From NCBI GenBank assembly GCA_001778095.1, contig MFGA01000020.1, forward strand, positions 75,805 through 139,804: a stretch of DNA of 64,000 nt, written 5' to 3'. Positions 1-8,704 of this stretch are shown here, piece by piece (positions within the stretch are counted from its first letter, which is position 1; the number at the start of each line of letters is the position of its first letter). The DNA comes from Candidatus Falkowbacteria bacterium RIFOXYA2_FULL_38_12. Its GTDB lineage: Bacteria > Patescibacteriota > Patescibacteriia > XYB2-FULL-38-15. Made by a program: the position numbers and the translations under genes. Under the pieces are notes generated by a model. It had not been told where the DNA came from. It saw only the letters and a list, made by a program, of their open reading frames with translations, and searched no databases.

Positions 1-375
1 AAGAAACTAGGTGTTGGCATGGTCTCAATGGGTCCGTTTATCCCTTGCGATAACACGCCCCTTAAAGATATGGAACACGGTGATGTAGAGCTTTCATTAA
101 AAATGATCGCCGTTTCTCGCCTGGTTATGCCCAAAGCGCGTATTCCAATAACAACAGCACTGGAGACTTTGGATCCACTGAATACCCGTAAAAGAGGGCT
201 ACAGGGCGGGGCGAATTCTCTGATGTTTAATCTGACACCGGCAGAATATCGCAGAAAATATAAAATTTATCCAAATAAATTTTACGGTCGAGACAAAGAT
301 TTGGAAGATTTTGCCTTATATAAAGGAAAGGAAAGTTGGGAAATGTTAGAGAGGGAGTTTAAAAAATATCTTTAA
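1..375 (+). CDS. hydE: [FeFe]-hydrogenase maturase HydE, C-terminal part (5' end outside window)
   Basis: Frame runs open from window start. C-terminal region aligns by eye to biotin-synthase-like HydE (GPFIP..DTPL, LKM.A..R, IP.TTA, GANS.M.N.TP..YR..Y..YP.K). Confidence 0.65.
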   Translation, partial: KKLGVGMVSMGPFIPCDNTPLKDMEHGDVELSLKMIAVSRLVMPKARIPITTALETLDPLNTRKRGLQGGANSLMFNLTPAEYRRKYKIYPNKFYGRDKDLEDFALYKGKESWEMLEREFKKYL

Positions 376-388
376 TTACATTTTAGTT

Positions 389-1759
389 ATGAAAATAATT
401 GATGAGAAAAAGATTATTGGAATTTTAGAAAAGACAAAAAACGCGAGCTGGGACAATTTTGAAAAAATAATTGAAAAGGCGAAAAAAATAAAAAGTTTAG
501 ACTTGGAGGAAGTGGGCGTTTTGGTAAATATTAGCGACGAGAAGCTGATAAAAAAAATGCAAGAAGCGGCGCATGAAATAAAGATGGCGATTTACGGCCC
601 GCGATTAGTTTTGTTTGCTCCGCTTTATATTTCCAGTTTTTGCGTCAATGATTGCGCGTATTGCGGTTTTCATCAACGCAACAAAGCGCCACGCAAAAAG
701 TTGTCTTTGAATGAAGTGAAGAAACAGGTGGAGATTTTGGAGGATATGGGGCACAAACGATTACTTTTGGAGTTTGGAGAGGATCCCGAAAAAAATTCAA
801 TTGATTATGTTATTGATGTTATTAAAACTATTTACTCAGTCAAAAAAGAGCGTGGAGCAATTAGGAGAGTTAATATAAATATCGCCGCGACGAGTGTAGA
901 AAATTACAAAAAATTAAAAGAAGCGGGTATAGGTACCTACCAGCTTTTTCAAGAAACTTATCACCGGCCGACTTATGAAAAGCTACATAGCGGTCCGAAG
1001 GCCGACTATGATAGGCAGATCACGGCCATGGATCGCGCTTTTGCGGGCGGAATTGACGATTTGGGGATAGGTGTGTTATTTGGCCTTTATGATTGGCGGT
1101 TTGAAGTTTTGAGTTTGGTAGCGCACGCGGATTATATGGAGAAAAATTTTGGCGTTGGACCACATACTATCTCCGTCCCGCGTTTTCGACCAGCGCCGAC
1201 GGTTGATTTCAAAGCAGAACATGAAGTCAGCGACAAAGATTTTTTAAAACTTATCACAATTTTACGTTTAGCAGTCCCGTATACTGGTATGATAATGTCT
1301 ACTCGAGAATCTCCAAAAATAAGACGCCGAGCTTTTGAAATAGGAATTTCACAGACAAGTGCTGGTTCACGTACAACTCCCGGAGGGTACAATCAAAAAA
1401 AAGAAGAAGAATTGGCTCAATTTAATTTAAGTGATCATCGTACCTTAGACGAGACAGTCTACGATATTTGTAATTTGGGTTACTTGCCGAGTTTTTGCAC
1501 GGCATGCTATAGAAGTGGCCGAACCGGCGACGAATTTATGAAATATGCCAAAGCAGGAACCATACAAAATTTTTGTCAGCCAAATGCCATTTCCACCTTT
1601 ATGGAATATTTAATGGATTACGCTTCACCGGAAACGCGCGAAGTTGGAGAAAAGGTAATTCGACAACAAATGAAGAATATCAATAGTGCGGAGGTAAGGA
1701 CGAATCTAGAAAATAGACTGGAAAAAATTAGAAAAGGAGAGAGAGATTTGTATTTTTAG
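389..1759 (+). CDS. hydG: [FeFe]-hydrogenase maturase HydG (radical SAM tyrosine lyase, ThiH family)
   Basis: N-terminal radical SAM CxxxCxxC (CVNDCAYCGF). C-terminal CX2CX22C motif (CTAC...22 aa...C) diagnostic of HydG versus ThiH. 456 aa. Confidence 0.7.
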   Translation: MKIIDEKKIIGILEKTKNASWDNFEKIIEKAKKIKSLDLEEVGVLVNISDEKLIKKMQEAAHEIKMAIYGPRLVLFAPLYISSFCVNDCAYCGFHQRNKAPRKKLSLNEVKKQVEILEDMGHKRLLLEFGEDPEKNSIDYVIDVIKTIYSVKKERGAIRRVNINIAATSVENYKKLKEAGIGTYQLFQETYHRPTYEKLHSGPKADYDRQITAMDRAFAGGIDDLGIGVLFGLYDWRFEVLSLVAHADYMEKNFGVGPHTISVPRFRPAPTVDFKAEHEVSDKDFLKLITILRLAVPYTGMIMSTRESPKIRRRAFEIGISQTSAGSRTTPGGYNQKKEEELAQFNLSDHRTLDETVYDICNLGYLPSFCTACYRSGRTGDEFMKYAKAGTIQNFCQPNAISTFMEYLMDYASPETREVGEKVIRQQMKNINSAEVRTNLENRLEKIRKGERDLYF

Positions 1760-1819
1760 ACTCTATATTTTGAAATATTAATTCAATTAATTACAGAATA
1801 AGTGGTATTATAAAAACAC

Positions 1820-2332
1820 ATGAAAGCATTAATAATAATCGCTCAAAAAGATTTCAGAGACGAGGAATTTTTTGAGCCAAAAGAAATTTTAGAGAAAAAT
1901 GGCATTGAAGTAAAGGTGGCGAGCGAAGAATTGGCAATGGCGTACGGAAAAATGGGCGGAGAATTTATGCCGGATTTAAAACTGGAAGACGCGAAGGCGG
2001 AAGATTTTGACGCGATTATTTTTGTCGGAGGAATCGGGGCGGAAATGTATTTAGACGATCCGGTTGCTCATAGATTAGCCAATGATTTTCATGGCACGGG
2101 AAAAATTGTGGCGGCAATTTGTTTTGCTCCGTTGATTTTAGCGCATGCGGGAATACTTAACGGGAAAAAAGTGACAGCTTGGATCGGCGGAAAAGAAGAT
2201 TTGGAGGCGGCGCATAGCGCTGTTTACACCGGCAAGGCAGTGGAAGTTGACGGCAATATTATTACTGGGTCTGGTCCTGCGGCGGCGAAAGAGTTTGGAG
2301 AAAAAATAGTTCAGGCTTTATTGAAGGGATAA
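1820..2332 (+). CDS. DJ-1/PfpI family protein
   Basis: 170 aa. Conserved nucleophile elbow region AAICFAPLILAHAGIL and overall DJ-1/PfpI layout. Confidence 0.65.
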   Translation: MKALIIIAQKDFRDEEFFEPKEILEKNGIEVKVASEELAMAYGKMGGEFMPDLKLEDAKAEDFDAIIFVGGIGAEMYLDDPVAHRLANDFHGTGKIVAAICFAPLILAHAGILNGKKVTAWIGGKEDLEAAHSAVYTGKAVEVDGNIITGSGPAAAKEFGEKIVQALLKG

Positions 2333-2443
2333 ACTATGAAACGCGATTATTGCCTGAGCTTGTCGAAGGCATAATCGCGTACCAAGACGCCCTTCGACAA
2401 GCTCAGGGAATAAAATTTAGAGCTCAACAATTAATAGTGGCTT

Positions 2444-3196
2444 ATGAAGAAAAAATTAAAACTTGTTATTGCCAGCATGACTTGTTGCGAAGGATGCCAG
2501 GTGGAAATTTTGAATTTGGGAGAAAGATTGTTAAATATTTTTGAAATTTTTGATCTTGGAAATTTTTCTTGGGTTAAAGAAAAAGAAGAAATTGATTATT
2601 ACGATGTTGCCTTGATTGAGGGAACACCATTAACCGACGAGGATATTCAAAGTTTGAAAGAATTAAGAAAAAAATCAAAAATAATCGTGGCTATGGGAAC
2701 TTGCGCCCATCTCGGTGGAGTGCAAGAAATAAAAAATTATACGGAGAATAGAAAAAATGAAAAAGCAAAATACGTCTATTCAAAATATCAGAGAATAGAA
2801 AATAAGGTTGTTGTACCCCTTAGCAAGATTGTCAAAATTGATTATGTCGCACCCGGATGCCCAATCAATAAAGATGAGCTTTATAATATTCTTTGCGACA
2901 TTGCCATAGGAAAATCACCGAAAATTGCCCCGCGGCCGGTTTGTTTTGAATGCCAGAATAATGGCTATCCATGTTTATTGCAAAAAGGGGAGCCCTGCCT
3001 CGGGCCGATCACTCTTGGTGGATGCGACGCGGTATGTTTAAAAAGTAATAGATTTTGTTATGGTTGCCGTGGTCCGATAAACGCGAAAAGCCCGATAATA
3101 AAAAGGCATTTGGAAAATATAAAAAAATTGGTTGGAGAAAAATATTTGGCGGAAATTCTTGAAACTTTTGGAGCCGAGGATGATTTTATAAAATAA
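2444..3196 (+). CDS. [NiFe] hydrogenase small subunit, group 3 (sulfhydrogenase delta-like)
   Basis: N-terminal proximal-cluster motif TCCEGCQ (compare TSCYGCQ of Pyrococcus sulfhydrogenase delta). Cys-rich C-terminal FeS cluster ligands. Immediately precedes the large subunit. Confidence 0.7.
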   Translation: MKKKLKLVIASMTCCEGCQVEILNLGERLLNIFEIFDLGNFSWVKEKEEIDYYDVALIEGTPLTDEDIQSLKELRKKSKIIVAMGTCAHLGGVQEIKNYTENRKNEKAKYVYSKYQRIENKVVVPLSKIVKIDYVAPGCPINKDELYNILCDIAIGKSPKIAPRPVCFECQNNGYPCLLQKGEPCLGPITLGGCDAVCLKSNRFCYGCRGPINAKSPIIKRHLENIKKLVGEKYLAEILETFGAEDDFIK

Positions 3197-3200
3197 ATTT

Positions 3201-4472
3201 ATGAAAATAACCATAAATCATTTAGCAAAAATTGAAGGTCATGCCGGATTTTTTGCTGATATTTTGAATGGCGACATAAAAAACGCTAAAATCAAAGTTA
3301 AAGTCGGAGCGAGATTGATTGAGGGAATTGTTTTAAATAGGAATTATGTTGAGACTCCAATTGTTACTTCAAGAATTTGCGGGATCTGTTCGGTCGCTCA
3401 CAATCTAACGAGCATTAAAGCCCTGGAAAACGCTTTTAATATAAAGATTACGCCAAAAGCGGAAATACTGCGCAAAATTTTATTTTTGGCCGAACCGATT
3501 CAAAGCCACGCCACCCATCTTTTCTTTTTGTCATTGTCGGATTTCTTCAAGTACGACAATGACCTAGATCTAATAAAAAAATATCCGGATTTAACAAAAA
3601 AAATAGTTTCAATCAGGGATTTTGGGAATAGAATAAAAGAAGTTATCGGCGGAAGGGATATGCATCTTTTATCCACCGAAATTGGAGGATTTAGGAAAGA
3701 GCCGGAAGAAAAGGAGTTGAAAAAAATATATTTTGCGGTAGATAAAGTTTTAGAGGAGGCGATAGTAGTGGCGGAATTTTTTAAAAAATTAAATTATCCA
3801 GATTATGAGAGAAAAATTGAACTTGTCGGATTGGTGGGAAAAAATGAATATTCTTTTTATAAAGGAGAAATGAAAACCTCTTCCGGAGAGAAGACGAGCA
3901 TTAAAAGTTTCTATAAAGAATTATCGGAAGAGCAAACAAATTACGATCCAACCAAAAGAGTGAAACATAAAGGGAGAGAGTTTATGGTTGGGGCGATCGC
4001 GAGACTAAATTTGAGCCATAGCTTACTGAATCCGGAAGCTAAAAAATTATTGGATTTTTTTGGAAGTAAAAAAACGGGCAATGCTTTAATCACCAAAAAT
4101 ACTTTTCATAATATTTATGCCCAAGCCGTGGAACTGGTGCATTGCGCGGAAGAAGTGAAAAATTTATTGGATAATTATTTTAAAGATAAATCAAAAATAT
4201 TATTAGTTAAATATAGAATGCGAAACGGAGAAGGTCTGGCCGCGACCGAGGCGCCACGGGGGACTCTTTATCACTATTATAAAGTAGATCGTTATGGCAT
4301 TATAAGGGAATGCAATATAATCCCGCCGACCGCGCAGTTTTTGGACAGCCTGGAAAATGATCTGGAAAAATACTTATCGGAAGCGGAGATAAAAAATGGC
4401 GAAGATAGGAAAAGAAAAATAAATATGCTGGTGCGGGCGTATGATCCATGTATGACCTGCGCGACACACTAA
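3201..4472 (+). CDS. [NiFe] hydrogenase large subunit, group 3-like
   Basis: N-terminal RICGICSVAH (RxCGxCxxxH) and C-terminal DPCMTCATH (DPCxxCxxH) Ni-Fe ligand motifs. 423 aa. The ORF ends exactly at the His, with no C-terminal extension. Confidence 0.85.
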   Translation: MKITINHLAKIEGHAGFFADILNGDIKNAKIKVKVGARLIEGIVLNRNYVETPIVTSRICGICSVAHNLTSIKALENAFNIKITPKAEILRKILFLAEPIQSHATHLFFLSLSDFFKYDNDLDLIKKYPDLTKKIVSIRDFGNRIKEVIGGRDMHLLSTEIGGFRKEPEEKELKKIYFAVDKVLEEAIVVAEFFKKLNYPDYERKIELVGLVGKNEYSFYKGEMKTSSGEKTSIKSFYKELSEEQTNYDPTKRVKHKGREFMVGAIARLNLSHSLLNPEAKKLLDFFGSKKTGNALITKNTFHNIYAQAVELVHCAEEVKNLLDNYFKDKSKILLVKYRMRNGEGLAATEAPRGTLYHYYKVDRYGIIRECNIIPPTAQFLDSLENDLEKYLSEAEIKNGEDRKRKINMLVRAYDPCMTCATH

Positions 4473-4554
4473 AGAAAATTAAAAGTTAAAAATGAAAAGT
4501 TAAAAGTTAAAGATTATATAACTTTTCACTTTGCACTTTTAATTTCTCACTTCT

Positions 4555-4818
4555 ATGCATGATTTACACGAAGCTGATAGAATATTAAAGCTGGTCTTGG
4601 ACCATGCCGAAAGAAATAATTTTAAAAAAGTTACCAAAATCATTATAGGTCTTGGTAATATTATTGAGCACGGCTTGAATATTGATCCCGATAATTTAAA
4701 ATTTAATATTTCCATGTTGGCGCGAGAGACAAAAGCCGATGAAGCCGAAATTGTTGTGGAAAAAATAGATGGCGATACGTGGGAATTAAAAGAAATTGAG
4801 GGGGATAAAAATATATGA
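4555..4818 (+). CDS. HypA-like small protein lacking the zinc-finger cysteines (possible Ni-binding N-terminal domain only)
   Basis: 87 aa. N-terminal MHDLHE resembles the MHE Ni-binding motif of HypA, but there is no CxxC...CxxC. Position directly after the hydrogenase genes. Confidence 0.3.
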   Translation: MHDLHEADRILKLVLDHAERNNFKKVTKIIIGLGNIIEHGLNIDPDNLKFNISMLARETKADEAEIVVEKIDGDTWELKEIEGDKNI

Positions 4819-6029
4819 AAATGAAAAAAATAAGCGAGATAAAAAATTTAAAAGATAAAAAAGTTTTGTTGCGCGTTGATTACAATGTTCCCTTGGAAAA
4901 GAAAAAAGCGAGCAATGGAAAATATAAAATGGTTGTTCGGGACGACACGAAAATCAAAGAAACCCTCCCTACAATCAATTATCTTTTGGAAAAAGGGGCT
5001 AAGGTTATTTTGATAAGCCATTTGGGCGACCCAAAGGGGAAAATAGTCAAAGATTTAACTATGGAACCGATTGGGGAAGCTCTTTATAAATTGTTAAAAG
5101 AAAAAATGGAGTGCACAGAGATAGTTAAGGATAATTATCCTTTTGATTTTATTGATAAAATGGCGGGCGGAGAAGTGGTTCTTCTTGAAAATCTGAGATT
5201 CAATATCGGCGAAGAAAAAAATGACACTAAATTTGCTAAATATTTGGCATCCCTCGCTGACATTTATGTTAATGATGCTTTTGCCGTTTCGCATCGCGAC
5301 CACGCTTCCGTTTCCAAAATTACTAATTTTTTGCCAAGTTATGCCGGGTTACTCTTGGAAAAAGAAATTGAAGTTTTGTCTAAGTTATTGGCTAAACCAA
5401 AAAAACCATTTGTCGCGGTAACGGGAGGAGCAAAGATCTCCAAAAAGATAGGTCTTATAAAAAATCTATTAAAAAAAGTTGATTGTTTGATGATTGGAGG
5501 GGCAATGGCTAATAATTTTTTTAAGGCTTTCGGTTATAATGTCGGCGCGTCTCTTGTTGAACTGGATAAAATAATTTTTGTTAGAAAATTTTTGAAAAAT
5601 AAGAAAATACTTTTACCGATCGACTTAGTCGTTGGAGATTTTGATGGGAAAAAAGGTAGAATAGTTCAAGTGTCCGGCAGTTCGGAAAATATTTGTGAAA
5701 AAAACGAAGCTATTTTGGATATAGGTCCGGAGACAATAAAAATGTATGAAGAAGTTATCAGTAAGGCAAAAACTCTGATTTGGAATGGGCCAATGGGGTA
5801 TTTTGAAAATACGGAATATAATAAGGGAAGTGATGAGATAAGCAGAATCATCGCGGAATATTCAAAAAAAGGTCTTTTAAGTGTCGTTGGAGGCGGAGAA
5901 ACTTTATCAATAATAAAAAAGACGGGAGTAGCGACTTCGATTGCTCACGTTTCCACCGGTGGCGGGGCAATGTTAGAATTTTTAGAAGGAAAAGTTTTGC
6001 CGGGAATCAGGCCGTTAATAAGACAATAA
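4815..6029 (+). CDS. pgk: phosphoglycerate kinase
   Basis: 404 aa. Typical PGK N-terminal LLRVDYNVPL and C-terminal GGGA..LEFLEGK.LPG motifs. Confidence 0.9.
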   Translation: MKMKKISEIKNLKDKKVLLRVDYNVPLEKKKASNGKYKMVVRDDTKIKETLPTINYLLEKGAKVILISHLGDPKGKIVKDLTMEPIGEALYKLLKEKMECTEIVKDNYPFDFIDKMAGGEVVLLENLRFNIGEEKNDTKFAKYLASLADIYVNDAFAVSHRDHASVSKITNFLPSYAGLLLEKEIEVLSKLLAKPKKPFVAVTGGAKISKKIGLIKNLLKKVDCLMIGGAMANNFFKAFGYNVGASLVELDKIIFVRKFLKNKKILLPIDLVVGDFDGKKGRIVQVSGSSENICEKNEAILDIGPETIKMYEEVISKAKTLIWNGPMGYFENTEYNKGSDEISRIIAEYSKKGLLSVVGGGETLSIIKKTGVATSIAHVSTGGGAMLEFLEGKVLPGIRPLIRQ

Positions 6030-6086
6030 ACTGATAAACAAAGATAGAACATAAAATAACTATTTAAATCTTAAACAAACAAATCT

Positions 6087-6863
6087 ATGGGAAATTTTTG
6101 GCCACAATGGCGCGAGAACAAACTTTTTACAGTTATCGTTACTCTGGCAATGCTCGGAGTCCTTGGCGTTCTTGGAACAATCATTGCTAAAGATCTAAAA
6201 GGGTATCAGTATATTGGCAGACCGACGGCGGAAAGAGATGTGATTAATATCTCCGGAGAAGGAAAAGTGACAGGTATTCCTGATATTGCCACAATTCAGG
6301 TCGGACTTATTACGGAAAAAGGAGATGTTAAAACAGCGCAGAAAGAAAATACAGATAAACTAAATCGTTTGATCACAACCTTAAAAAATTTAGGGGTTGA
6401 AGATAAAGACATTCAAACAAGTTATTATAATATTTATCCGCAATATGATTGGACGGATGGAAAACAACAATTGAGAGGCTATCAAGTCAGCCAGGGGGTT
6501 GCAATCAAGATAAGAAATTTAAGTAAAATTGGTGATATGCTCGCCGCAGCAGGGGAAGGTGGCGCGAATCAAGTTAGTGGCTTAACATTTAATATTGATG
6601 ATCCGGAAAAATTGAAACAAGAAGCAAGGTTGAAAGCCTTAGCAAATGCTAAAGAAAAAGCGGAAGCGTTGGCCGAAGCCGCTGGCGTTAAACTAGGGAA
6701 AGTGGTTTCTTTCAGTGAGTACTCCGATTCGCCGGCCGATTACAGGACAATGATGGACAGCTATGGCGCCGGAGGCGGGGAGATGAAAGTGGCTTCTCCT
6801 GTAATTGAAAGTGGTAGTATTGATATAGTGGTGACAGCAACAGTGGGGTATGAGATAAAATAG
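6087..6863 (+). CDS. SIMPL/DUF541 domain protein (periplasmic, oxidative-stress-defense-like)
   Basis: N-terminal TM helix. SIMPL-like core (GYQVSQGVAIKIRNL..., LKALANAKEKAEALAEAAG). Confidence 0.55.
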   Translation: MGNFWPQWRENKLFTVIVTLAMLGVLGVLGTIIAKDLKGYQYIGRPTAERDVINISGEGKVTGIPDIATIQVGLITEKGDVKTAQKENTDKLNRLITTLKNLGVEDKDIQTSYYNIYPQYDWTDGKQQLRGYQVSQGVAIKIRNLSKIGDMLAAAGEGGANQVSGLTFNIDDPEKLKQEARLKALANAKEKAEALAEAAGVKLGKVVSFSEYSDSPADYRTMMDSYGAGGGEMKVASPVIESGSIDIVVTATVGYEIK

Positions 6864-7025
6864 ACCCGATGAATAATAATCTTTCGTTACGAAACGCAGT
6901 AATTTTAGGATAAAAATTTAGAAAAGCGACGATGTTTATATGATTAGATATAAGCGGAGGAGCTTTTGCAAATTTTTAGCCAAAATTACTAGTTGCAGTA
7001 GAAAGAATTATTATTCAGTGGGTCT
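6862..7025 (-). repeat. ~160-nt structured repeat, copy 1 (inverted orientation relative to copies 2 and 3)
   Basis: Internal ~120 nt nearly identical to the reverse complement of 40906..41064 and 57362..57520. Flanked by its own ~19-bp terminal inverted repeat. Abuts the gpmI start codon. Confidence 0.8.
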
Positions 7026-7037
7026 AATGAACAATTT

Positions 7038-8585
7038 ATGGAAAAGAAAAAAACAACAGCCCTTATTATTCTTGATGGATGGGGGCTTGCTCCGCCTGGT
7101 CAGGGAAACGCCGTTTCTCTTGCTAAAACTCCGACCATGTCAGAACTCTGGAAAAATTTTCCGCACACCGAACTTATCGCGCATGGAAAAAGGGTCGGGT
7201 TGCCGGGTAATCAAGAGGGAAATTCTGAAGCCGGTCATATGAACCTGTCTTCCGGTTTTATTGTTAAACAAGACGCGGTTTACATTAATGATAGTATTGA
7301 AGATGGAACTTTTTTCAAGAATAATGCCTTCGCTGAAGCGATAAGGCACGCTAAAAAATATAAGTCAAAAGTCCATTTGATGGGGCTTCTTTCTAATGGA
7401 GAAAGCGCTCATTCTTTTCCCACCCATCTTTATTCGCTTTTGGATCTTTTGCATCAGAATAAAGTTGGAGATGTTTTTCTGCATTTGTTTACAGATGGCC
7501 GAGATTCTGGTAGATTTGCCTCAATAAAGCTCCTTTCAAAATTAAGGACGCATTTTCACGGAAATGAGAGAATAGCTTCTATTATGGGTAGATTTTACGC
7601 AATGGATAGAGTAAAAAATTGGAAAAGAACAGAATTGGCCTATAATGCCATGGTATTGGGAGGGGAACTAATTGCCGAAAGCGCTGAGGCGGCAATTTCA
7701 ACAGCCTACAACAGGGGAGAAACGGATGAGTTTATTTTGCCAACAGTTATTTTTAAGGATCATGGAGCGACATCAAGGATAGATGATAATGATGCAGTTA
7801 TATTTTTTAACCTTCGTTCAGACAGGGCAAGGGAACTGACAAAAACAATTACTCAAGAAAATTTTAATGGAAAAAATGGAGGATCATTCAAAAGGGAAAA
7901 AGTCTTAAAGAACATTTGTTTTGTCGCCATGACCGATTTCGGTCCGGACTTGCCCGGGGTTATTACAGCTTTTCCCAGTCGCGATATTGAAAATAGTTTA
8001 CCTTCATGTTTAAAAGAGAAGAGACAAATATATATTGCCGAAACCGAGAAATATGCGCATGTTACTTATTTTTTTAACGGAGGATACGCAGATCCGATTT
8101 TTGGAGAAGAGAGAGTGAGAATACCATCGCCCAATGTTCCCAGATATGAAGATAAACCGGAAATGAGCGCGCCGGAGATTACTAAAAATGTAGAATCTTT
8201 TATTCATTCAGGAGTTTATGATTTCATTACGGTTAATTTTTGCAATCCGGATATGATCGGTCATACGGGTAATATAAAAGCGGGGATTAAAGCGGTTAAT
8301 GTAGTTGATATTTGTTTAAAGAGATTGATTAAGGAAATTTTCAGAAATAAAGGCGTCGCTATTGTTACCGCCGATCATGGAAACATTGAAGGGATGATAA
8401 ATCTAAAAACAGGAGAAATAGATACCGAGCATTCAACCAATCCGGTTCCGTTTATTGTCGCCGGAGAAAATTTTAAAAATAAAAAAATAAAAAAAGGGAT
8501 TTTGGCGGATGTCGCGCCAACCATTCTTGATATTATGGATCTTCCGAAACCGAAGACAATGACGAGAAAAAGCCTATTAAATTAA
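7038..8585 (+). CDS. gpmI: 2,3-bisphosphoglycerate-independent phosphoglycerate mutase
   Basis: 515 aa. N-terminal LIILDGWGLAPPG and metal-binding regions typical of iPGM. Confidence 0.9.
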   Translation: MEKKKTTALIILDGWGLAPPGQGNAVSLAKTPTMSELWKNFPHTELIAHGKRVGLPGNQEGNSEAGHMNLSSGFIVKQDAVYINDSIEDGTFFKNNAFAEAIRHAKKYKSKVHLMGLLSNGESAHSFPTHLYSLLDLLHQNKVGDVFLHLFTDGRDSGRFASIKLLSKLRTHFHGNERIASIMGRFYAMDRVKNWKRTELAYNAMVLGGELIAESAEAAISTAYNRGETDEFILPTVIFKDHGATSRIDDNDAVIFFNLRSDRARELTKTITQENFNGKNGGSFKREKVLKNICFVAMTDFGPDLPGVITAFPSRDIENSLPSCLKEKRQIYIAETEKYAHVTYFFNGGYADPIFGEERVRIPSPNVPRYEDKPEMSAPEITKNVESFIHSGVYDFITVNFCNPDMIGHTGNIKAGIKAVNVVDICLKRLIKEIFRNKGVAIVTADHGNIEGMINLKTGEIDTEHSTNPVPFIVAGENFKNKKIKKGILADVAPTILDIMDLPKPKTMTRKSLLN

Positions 8586-8624
8586 AAGTTTCCACCTCTG
8601 CCAAGGCTGCGGTGGGCAAGAAAA

Positions 8625-8700
8625 ATGTAAAGTGAAAAATTACAGTTAAAAGTCCAAAGTTAGAAAGACTTTTAACTTTTAATTTATCACTTTTAACTTA
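8625..8700. repeat. AT-rich palindromic AAAGTGAAAA/GTTAAAAGT element
   Basis: Imperfect hairpin built from AAAGTGAAAAATTACAGTTAAAAGT and the reverse-complement words ACTTTTAACTTTTAATTTATCACTTTTAACTT. Ends 4 nt before the GTG start of the second gpmI. Confidence 0.7.
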
Positions 8701-8704
8701 ATCT

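Noticed and set aside
6940-7242. 100-aa +-strand ORF and overlapping 7140..7349 minus-strand ORF
   Set aside because: They lie within the structured repeat copy 1 and the 5' end of gpmI in alternative frames. The well-conserved gpmI reading frame explains the region.
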